Shown piece after piece: positions 57,555 through 64,000 of a stretch of DNA of 64,000 bases. This DNA comes from Alphaproteobacteria bacterium (GTDB lineage: Bacteria; Pseudomonadota; Alphaproteobacteria; Bin95). The notes beneath the pieces are model-generated. The model was not told the origin of the DNA. It saw nothing but the letters and a program-made list of their open reading frames with translations, and ran no database searches. The stretch lies in NCBI GenBank assembly GCA_963665325.3, contig OZ224045.1, positions 1,280,001-1,344,000 of the forward strand, in the 5' to 3' direction. Made by a program: the position numbers and the translations under genes. Each line of letters starts with the position of its first letter. Positions within the stretch are counted from its first letter, which is position 1.

Positions 57555-59156
57555 GTGTCGGGGCGCAGCGGCAGCGGAAGGGCCATTCGATTGAGCGAGG
57601 CGGACCGGAGACCCCGGCTGTTGCGCGCCGCCGCCACGGTCGGCGCGTTCACGGTGGGCGGCCAGGTGAGCGGCTATGCGCGCCACGTGGCGGTGGCGGC
57701 GGTGCTCGGCGCCGGCCCGCTGGCCGACGCCTTCTTCCTCGCCTTGCGTGTGCCGGGCCTGGTCTCGCGGCTGTTTGCCGGACGCGGTGTCGGTGCGGTG
57801 TTCATCCCGATGTTTACGCGCCGGCTCGCGCGGAGCGGTGCGATCCCGGCGCGCGCGTTTGCCGGCGAGGTGCTGTCGTTCACCGCGGCGGCGCTGGCGG
57901 TGCTGACTGCGGGGCTGGAGCTGGCGGCGCCGTGGCTCGTTCCCCTGCTCGCCCCGGGCTTCGCGGGTGAGGCCGGGCAGGCGGCGCTGACGGCGGGGCT
58001 GCTGCGGATCCTGCTTCCCTTCATGGTGTTCGCCGCGCTCGCGCAGCTTCTCGGCGGCATGCTGAACGGGCTGGGACGGTTCGCCGCCGCGGCCGCGATG
58101 CCCACGGTGTTCAACCTTGTCGTGATCGCGGCGCTGCTCGCGTTCGCGCGGGGGTCCGGGACCCCGGCCCACGTGCTGGCCTGGGCCATCGCCGCGGCCG
58201 GGGCGGCGCAGCTCGCGTTCCTGGCGCTTGCCTGCCGGCGCGCTGGCGTCTTCCCCGCTCCCGGACCCATGCTGCCGTCGCGGCGGGTGCGGCGGTTGAT
58301 GCGCCGCGCGGCGCCGGCGGTGGCCGGGGCCGGGGCCGCGCAGGCGATCCCGTTGACGGACCTCGCCCTGGCCACCCTGCTGCCGGCGGGCTCGGTGTCG
58401 TTCCTGTACTACGGCGAACGGGTGGCGCGGCTGCTGCCTTCGGTCGTCGGGGCCGCCGCGGCCACGGTCCTGCTGCCGCACCTGTCCAGGCGCGGCGGCA
58501 GGGGCGCCGCGGCGGGGCGCCATGACGCCAACCGCACGCTCGAGGCGGTCGTGCTGCTGGGCCTGCCCGGCGGCGTGGCGCTCGCGATCATCGCCGAGCC
58601 CCTGCTCGCGGCGCTGCTCCAGCGCGGGGCGTTCGGAGCCGACGCGGTGGCCGGGACGGCGGCGGCGCTCGCCGCCTATGCCGGCGCGGTGCCGGCGTGG
58701 ATGCTGTCACGCAGCCTCGCCGCCGTGTCCTTTGCCCGCGGCGACGCGGGCACGCCCATGCGCGCGGCACTTGCCGCCGCCGCGCTCAATCTCGTGCTGA
58801 GCCTGGCGCTGATGGCGCCGCTGGGCCATGTGGGGATCGCGCTGGGCACCACCGTTGCCGTGTGGGCGCAGACGGCTCTGCTCGCGCGCGCGCTCGTGCG
58901 CCGGGGCGCGCTCGCGCCGGACCGGCGCCTCTATCGCCGGGCCGGCGCCGCGGCGGTGGCCTCCACGGTCATGGCGGGCGCCCTGTGGTGCGTGCGCCTG
59001 TGGCTCGGCGAGAGCGCGGAGGCCGGCGAGCTCGAGCGCATTGCGCGGCTCGCGGCGCTGGTGGCGGCGGGCCTCGGCTGCTACGCGCTGGCGGCCCACG
59101 CCACGGGCGCGCTGCGCTGGCGGGAGCTGGCCGGGCGCCCCGGCGGGAAGAGCTAG
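57555..59156 (+). CDS. murJ: Lipid II flippase MurJ/MviN-like protein
   Basis: LGAGPLADAFFLALRVP, VFIP, LAPGF, SFLYYGERV, LQRGAF, GHVGIALGT. Confidence 0.8.
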   Translation: MSGRSGSGRAIRLSEADRRPRLLRAAATVGAFTVGGQVSGYARHVAVAAVLGAGPLADAFFLALRVPGLVSRLFAGRGVGAVFIPMFTRRLARSGAIPARAFAGEVLSFTAAALAVLTAGLELAAPWLVPLLAPGFAGEAGQAALTAGLLRILLPFMVFAALAQLLGGMLNGLGRFAAAAAMPTVFNLVVIAALLAFARGSGTPAHVLAWAIAAAGAAQLAFLALACRRAGVFPAPGPMLPSRRVRRLMRRAAPAVAGAGAAQAIPLTDLALATLLPAGSVSFLYYGERVARLLPSVVGAAAATVLLPHLSRRGGRGAAAGRHDANRTLEAVVLLGLPGGVALAIIAEPLLAALLQRGAFGADAVAGTAAALAAYAGAVPAWMLSRSLAAVSFARGDAGTPMRAALAAAALNLVLSLALMAPLGHVGIALGTTVAVWAQTALLARALVRRGALAPDRRLYRRAGAAAVASTVMAGALWCVRLWLGESAEAGELERIARLAALVAAGLGCYALAAHATGALRWRELAGRPGGKS

Positions 59157-59157
59157 G

Positions 59158-60159
59158 GTGGCGGACCCGGCGGGCAGCGGGCGGCCGCGCGAGCCGGTGC
59201 TGGTGACCGGCGGCGCGGGCTATGTCGGCAGCCACATCGTGCTCGCCCTGCGCGACGCCGGGCATCCGGTCGTGGTGCTCGACGATCTGTCCACGGGCGA
59301 TCGCCGGGCGGTCCCTCCGGGAGTCCCCCTGGTCTGCGCCGACGCGGCCGACGACGGGACGGTCCACGCCACGATCGCGCGCCACGGCGTGGCCGCCGCC
59401 GTGCACGCGGCGGCCGACGCGGCCGACACCCCGGCGGCGGCGGCGCGCAACCGGGCCATGACCGGGGCGTTCGTCGGCGCCTGCGCCGCCGCCGGCGTGC
59501 GCCGGCTGGTGCTCACCTCGAGCGCCGCGGTCTACGGCGCCGGGCCGGCGGGCGCGATCCCCGAGTCCCGGTCCCCTGCTCCGGCCCGGCCCTATGGCGC
59601 GGGCAAGCTCGCCTGCGAGGCGGCGGTCAGGGAAGGCTTCGGCGTGGACGGATACGCCTATGCGATCCTGCGCTGCTTCAACGTGGCCGGCGCGGACGCC
59701 GCGGGCCGCGCCGGGCCGCGGGCTGGCGAATCGCTGGTGGCGGCCGCCTGCGAGGCGGCGCTCGGGCTGCGCGCGCCGCTCGCGGTGTTCGGCACGGACT
59801 ACCCGACCCCCGACGGCACCTGCATCCGCGACTACGTGCATGCGGAGGATGTCGCCGGGGCCCATGTCGCCGCCCTGGACGCGCTCGGGCGGGGGCTCGG
59901 TGCGGCGACGCTCAACTGCGGCACCGGCCGGGGCCACTCGGTGCGCGAGGTGCTGGCGGAGGTGGCCGCGCGCGCCGGGGCCGCCGCGGGCGGAGCCGCC
60001 GGCCCCCGCCGGCCCGGCGATGCGCCGGTCTCGATTGCCGCGATCGGGCGGATCGGCGAGACGCTCGGCTGGCTCCCGCGCCACGGGGACCTCGGCGCCA
60101 TCGTGCGCTCCGGCCTCGCCTGGACCCGGCGCCTTCGCCGCGGGGCCGCCGCCTCGTGA
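59158..60159 (+). CDS. galE: UDP-glucose 4-epimerase-like NAD-dependent epimerase
   Basis: VLVTGGAGYVGSH, SSAAVYG, YGAGK, LRCFNVAGA, GTDYPTPDGTCIRDYVH, RRPGD. Confidence 0.8.
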   Translation: MADPAGSGRPREPVLVTGGAGYVGSHIVLALRDAGHPVVVLDDLSTGDRRAVPPGVPLVCADAADDGTVHATIARHGVAAAVHAAADAADTPAAAARNRAMTGAFVGACAAAGVRRLVLTSSAAVYGAGPAGAIPESRSPAPARPYGAGKLACEAAVREGFGVDGYAYAILRCFNVAGADAAGRAGPRAGESLVAAACEAALGLRAPLAVFGTDYPTPDGTCIRDYVHAEDVAGAHVAALDALGRGLGAATLNCGTGRGHSVREVLAEVAARAGAAAGGAAGPRRPGDAPVSIAAIGRIGETLGWLPRHGDLGAIVRSGLAWTRRLRRGAAAS

Positions 60160-62096
60160 ACCGTCCGGCGGTGGAGCGTGGGCTGCTCGCGGCGGTTCAC
60201 GCCGGGCTGGCGCTGGTGCTGCTCACGCCGCTGGCCTGGGCGCCCGAGACCTACCATCCGTTCGCCATCGGCAAGGCGGCCTATGCGCGCTCGCTGATCG
60301 CGGTGACCTTCGCGCTGTGGGCGCTGCTCGTCGCGGTGGCGCCGCGGTGGGGCCCGCGGCCGGGCGCCATCCTCGCCGCGCTGGCCGCGGGCCTCGCCGC
60401 GGCGGCTGTCTCCGCCGGGCTGGGCGTGAGCCCGCAACGCAGCCTGTGGTCGACCTACACGCGCATGGACGGCCTGGTGGAGAGCGCGCACTGGTTCGCG
60501 TTCGCCCTGGTGCTCGCCGCGGTGCTGCGCGGCCCGCGCGGCTGGAGCCGGCTGCTCAACGCCAACCTCGGGGTGGGCCTGGTGGCGGCGCTGGTGGCGA
60601 TCGCGCGCTTCCATGCGCCCGACGCCCCGATCCTCGATGCGCTGCCGTCCGAGTCGCGCTTGCCCCGCATCAGCGCCACCACCGGCAATCCGACCTTCCT
60701 CGCGGCGTATCTGCAGGCGATCGCATTGCTCGCGGCCGGCTTCCTCGTCCGCTCATGGGCGCGCGCGGCCCCGTCGCCGGGCGGGGCCGGGCGCGGCCGG
60801 CGGGCGCCGGGGCGGACCTCGCACGGGCCGGCCCGGCTGTTCTGGGGCGCGACGGCGGTGTGCGCGGCCTACGCGCTCGTGCTCACCGGCTCGATCGCCG
60901 CGCTGGCGGGGCTGGGCGCCGGCGCCGCTGTTGCGGCCGCGCTGTACGCGTGGCTCGGCCATTCGCCGCGCGCGCGGCGGCTCGGACGCCGGAGCCTGGC
61001 CGCGCTGTGCGCGGGCGCGGCGGTCCTTGTCCTCGCGATCGGCATCCGCGCCGCGGGATCCGGCGCATCGGATGCTTACCGCCCGGCGTTCGACACCATC
61101 TTGCTGGAGCGCATCACGAGCGTCGAGCGGATCGGCAACACGCTGCGCCCGCGCCTGGACAACTGGCGCGCGGGGCTGCACGCGTTCGCGGAACGCCCGC
61201 TGTTCGGCTGGGGCGCCGGCAACTATTTCGTGGCCGCGGCCCGGCACATCCCCCGGCACGCGCAGGGCAACCGCGTCGACGACCACGCCCACAACGTGCC
61301 GGTCGAGGAGGCCGCGACCAAGGGCATCGCCGGGCTTGCGGCCTACCTCCTCCTGTGGGGCGCCACCGCTGCGGTCGTGCTGCGCCACGCGCGCGCCGCC
61401 GGCCCACGCGAACAGGCCCTGACGATCTTCGCCGGCGCGGCGCTGGCGGGCTGGTTCGTCCAGAGCCAGACGCTGTTCTACTCCTCGTCGAGCTGGCTGC
61501 AGCACATGCTCCTGCTCGGGTTCGCGATGCGCCTGGAGGCCGACGGCGCGGACCGGGACGGGCGGGCGCTGGCGCGCTGGCGGACGTGGCTCGCGGGGGT
61601 ATGCGATGGTATCGCCCGGGCCCTGCGGCGGGCGCCGGCCGCACGGATCGTGCTGGCCGCGGCGGCGGTGGCGCTCGCCGCCGGATCGCTCGCCGCCAAC
61701 CGCGCCGCGCATGACGGGGCCGCGGCGATCTACCGGGCGGAGTTCTCCGGGCGGTTCCTGGAGGACCTGGAACGCTCCATGCGCGCGTTCGAGCCGCTCG
61801 CCAACGGTCCGCGCGCCATCCTGTTCAACAATGTGGCGGCCAACTGGCCGGTGCTGACCGCCAATCGCCCGGCCGAGGCCCGGCGCCTGCAACAGTGGAC
61901 GCAGCGCGAGGCGGCCGCGGCGCTCGCGGCCGAGCCGCAGAGCTGGGTCGTCCACCACGCCCTGGCGCGGCTCTACGCCCGGTTCGCCACCACCGACCCG
62001 AGCTTCGCAGCGCCGGCCCGGCGGCACCTGGAGCGTTCGCTGGAACTGGCCCCCAACCTGGATCCGCTCGCACCGCCGCCGGCGGACCCGCCATGA
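60156..62096 (+). CDS. O-antigen ligase/polymerase (Wzy_C) family membrane protein
   Basis: TTGNPTFLAAYL, W...ERPLFGWGAGNY, HAHN; many TM segments; GTGA overlap. Confidence 0.85.
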   Translation: MNRPAVERGLLAAVHAGLALVLLTPLAWAPETYHPFAIGKAAYARSLIAVTFALWALLVAVAPRWGPRPGAILAALAAGLAAAAVSAGLGVSPQRSLWSTYTRMDGLVESAHWFAFALVLAAVLRGPRGWSRLLNANLGVGLVAALVAIARFHAPDAPILDALPSESRLPRISATTGNPTFLAAYLQAIALLAAGFLVRSWARAAPSPGGAGRGRRAPGRTSHGPARLFWGATAVCAAYALVLTGSIAALAGLGAGAAVAAALYAWLGHSPRARRLGRRSLAALCAGAAVLVLAIGIRAAGSGASDAYRPAFDTILLERITSVERIGNTLRPRLDNWRAGLHAFAERPLFGWGAGNYFVAAARHIPRHAQGNRVDDHAHNVPVEEAATKGIAGLAAYLLLWGATAAVVLRHARAAGPREQALTIFAGAALAGWFVQSQTLFYSSSSWLQHMLLLGFAMRLEADGADRDGRALARWRTWLAGVCDGIARALRRAPAARIVLAAAAVALAAGSLAANRAAHDGAAAIYRAEFSGRFLEDLERSMRAFEPLANGPRAILFNNVAANWPVLTANRPAEARRLQQWTQREAAAALAAEPQSWVVHHALARLYARFATTDPSFAAPARRHLERSLELAPNLDPLAPPPADPP

Positions 62097-62210
62097 GCCA
62101 CGCTCCCGGCGCGCTCCGCGCGCGCTTCCTTCAGATCGGCTTCGGGCACGGCGGCACGACGGCTCCCGCCGCCTTCCTCAACCGCTGCGCGTTCCCCCGC
62201 GTGCACGGCA
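62093..62210 (+). pseudogene. Degenerate sulfotransferase-like N-terminal fragment
   Basis: FLQIGFGHGGTTAPAAFLNRCAFPRVH aligns with GTTAIALFFNRSGIPAVH of the gene at the window end. Confidence 0.5.
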
Positions 62211-62403
62211 TCGGACCGGGTCCCCCCGAGCGGCCGTGCGGCTTCATCGGCGTGCCGCGCGTCTGCGCGCGCCTGTATACGCATGCAAGTCCCCGGACGG
62301 CGCCGCTTGCCGAAGCGCCGGCCGCCCGGGTCCCGGGACCGGTGCGGCGGGCGGCGGCGCCACTGCCCAGGCGCCGCGTCGAGACGCTGCTGCGCCGGCG
62401 ATC

Positions 62404-63399
62404 ATGAACGACGTGCGCCAGCCCGCGGTGTCGGTCATCGTGCCGGCGCGCGACGAAGCCGCGCACCTGCCGCGCGCGCTGGACTCGGTCCTGGCGCAGG
62501 ACTACTGCGGCGCCGTCGAGGTCATCGTCGCCGACGGCTCGCAGACCCCGGAAACGGCGGCCGCCGTGCGGGCCCGCTTTCCCGGCGTGCGCATCGTGCC
62601 CAACCCCCGCCGCCACATCCCCGCCGGGCTGAACGCCGCGCTCGGCGCCGCGTCGCACGACATCGTGCTGCGCTGCGACGCGCGCTGTGAGCTGCCGCCG
62701 GACCACGTGCGCAAGGCCGTCGCCACGCTGCTGCGCACCGGCGCGGCCGCCGTCGGCGGGCGCCAGCGCCCGCTGGGCGACAACCCCTTCACCCGCGCGG
62801 TGGCGCTGGCCATGACCATGCCGCTCGGCGCCGGGGGCGCCCGCTACCGGATCGGGGGGCGCGCCGGGCCCGCGGATACCGTCTGGGCCGGCGCGTACCG
62901 GCGCGCGGCGCTCCTCGCCGCCGGCGGCTTCGACGAACGCCTCCGGCGCAACGAGGACTACGCGGTGCACTTCAGGCTGCGCGAGCTGGGCGGGACGGTC
63001 TGGTTCGATCCCGACCTGAGCGCGGGCTACCGGCCGCGCGGGACCCTGCCTTCGCTGGCCCGGCAGTACTTCGACAACGGACGCTGGAAGTTCCGCATGC
63101 TCTGCCGCCATCCGCGCTCGCTGCGCGCCCGTCAGCTGGCGCCCCCGGCGCTGCTGCTCGGCCTCGCCGCCTCGGCGGTGCTGGCCGCCTCGGGTGTGGC
63201 CGGGGCGGGGCTCGTGCCCTTCGCCTACGCCGCCGTGCTGGCGGGCGCCCCGGCCGCCAGCGCGCGCGCCCGTCGCGACCCCCGCGCCGCACTCCTGCTG
63301 CCGGCGGTGCTCGCCACCATGCACCTCGCCTGGGCCGCCGGGTTCCTCGCCTCCGTCAGCGCGCGGGCTTGCTCAGCAGGTTCTTCACGGGCCGCTTGA
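62404..63399 (+). CDS. GT2 glycosyltransferase (ExoA-like)
   Basis: VSVIVPARDE, VADGS, RCDAR, GGFDERLRRNED, LARQYF. Confidence 0.9.
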   Translation: MNDVRQPAVSVIVPARDEAAHLPRALDSVLAQDYCGAVEVIVADGSQTPETAAAVRARFPGVRIVPNPRRHIPAGLNAALGAASHDIVLRCDARCELPPDHVRKAVATLLRTGAAAVGGRQRPLGDNPFTRAVALAMTMPLGAGGARYRIGGRAGPADTVWAGAYRRAALLAAGGFDERLRRNEDYAVHFRLRELGGTVWFDPDLSAGYRPRGTLPSLARQYFDNGRWKFRMLCRHPRSLRARQLAPPALLLGLAASAVLAASGVAGAGLVPFAYAAVLAGAPAASARARRDPRAALLLPAVLATMHLAWAAGFLASVSARACSAGSSRAA

Positions 63400-64000
63400 A
63401 GCGCTGCGGAACGCGTTCCTTGACCGCGACCGGCATGGCCTTCGCCAGCAGGTTGCCGAACACGCTCATCGTCGCGTTCTGGCGCGTGTAGTAGCGGGCA
63501 CAGGCGCGCGGCACGCCGACGAAGTCGCTCAGCCGCTCCGGGGGATCGGCCTCGATGTCGAACACCAGCAGTTCGTCGGCCGGGATCTCAGCGACCACCC
63601 TGCGATGGTGCTCCTCCCAGTCCCGGAGCAGGCACTGGCGCACCCGGGCGGGGTCCGCGGTGCCGAACCGCAGCTCGTACTGCGCGGTCATTTCGCGCCG
63701 GCCCCGCCGCGCCTTGTGGGCCATCACGCTGCGCACCCAGTGCTCCGGGGGGCGGGTGTTGAGGATGAAGCGCCCGCCATAGGCGGCCCGCAGCTCGCCG
63801 TAGTGCTTGAACGCGTCGAAGAAGTCGTCCGCGCTGTTCCAGTTCATGTTCGTGAACGCCCGGTAGCGCTCGTCATAGCCGGCCAGCGGCCGCTCCCCGG
63901 CGGCGAGGTTCGCCCGCATGCGCTGCGCCAGCCGGCCGCGGTCGAAGTGCACGGCGGGGATCCCGGACCGGTTGAAGAACAGCGCGATCGCCGTCGTGCC
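63356..64000 (-). CDS. Sulfotransferase-family (P-loop) protein, 5' end outside window
   Basis: GTTAI, FILNTRPPEHWVRS, LLVFDIE. Confidence 0.7.
   Translation of the reverse strand, partial: GTTAIALFFNRSGIPAVHFDRGRLAQRMRANLAAGERPLAGYDERYRAFTNMNWNSADDFFDAFKHYGELRAAYGGRFILNTRPPEHWVRSVMAHKARRGRREMTAQYELRFGTADPARVRQCLLRDWEEHHRRVVAEIPADELLVFDIEADPPERLSDFVGVPRACARYYTRQNATMSVFGNLLAKAMPVAVKERVPQRFKRPVKNLLSKPAR

Overview
High-GC (roughly 70% by eye) bacterial window, most likely alphaproteobacterial; the gene content is suggestive of a marine or host-associated organism (inference). Housekeeping-type genes occupy 1-3483 (HAD hydrolase, enoyl-CoA hydratase, VOC protein, MlrC-type peptidase). A surface-polysaccharide cluster occupies 57555-64000 (MurJ-like flippase, GalE-like epimerase, O-antigen ligase-like protein, GT2, sulfotransferase-like protein). 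Between them is a ~53 kb accessory island. (i) 4141-19607 is a nest of mobile elements: two near-identical IS21 copies in direct repeat bracket an AbiE-type type IV toxin-antitoxin pair and a second IS21. That second IS21's istA is split by a 4384-bp four-gene TG...CA transposon (Zn-ribbon protein, DDE transposase, ExeA-like ATPase, AAA_25 helicase-like ATPase) with a TCGA target duplication. (ii) 20-35 kb holds many IS, integrase and ParB remnants plus cargo, including an apparently circularly permuted Hsp70-like ATPase, a low-GC EEP nuclease plus membrane protein pair and a frameshifted DddK/DddW-like cupin. (iii) At 35.5-47.7 kb, two divergent ~640-aa multi-Zn-finger IS1-like proteins face each other around an IetAS-type AAA ATPase/subtilase pair and an ankyrin gene. 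The second of these proteins heads a translationally coupled operon with a winged-helix-like protein and an AlwI/FokI-like nuclease, with no DNA methyltransferase; this is the best candidate for an undescribed system. (iv) A ~9.3 kb autotransporter adhesin carries an SRCR domain and a 14 x 7-bp tandem repeat at its 5' end, suggesting phase variation. All family assignments come from motif recognition by eye; no searches were run.
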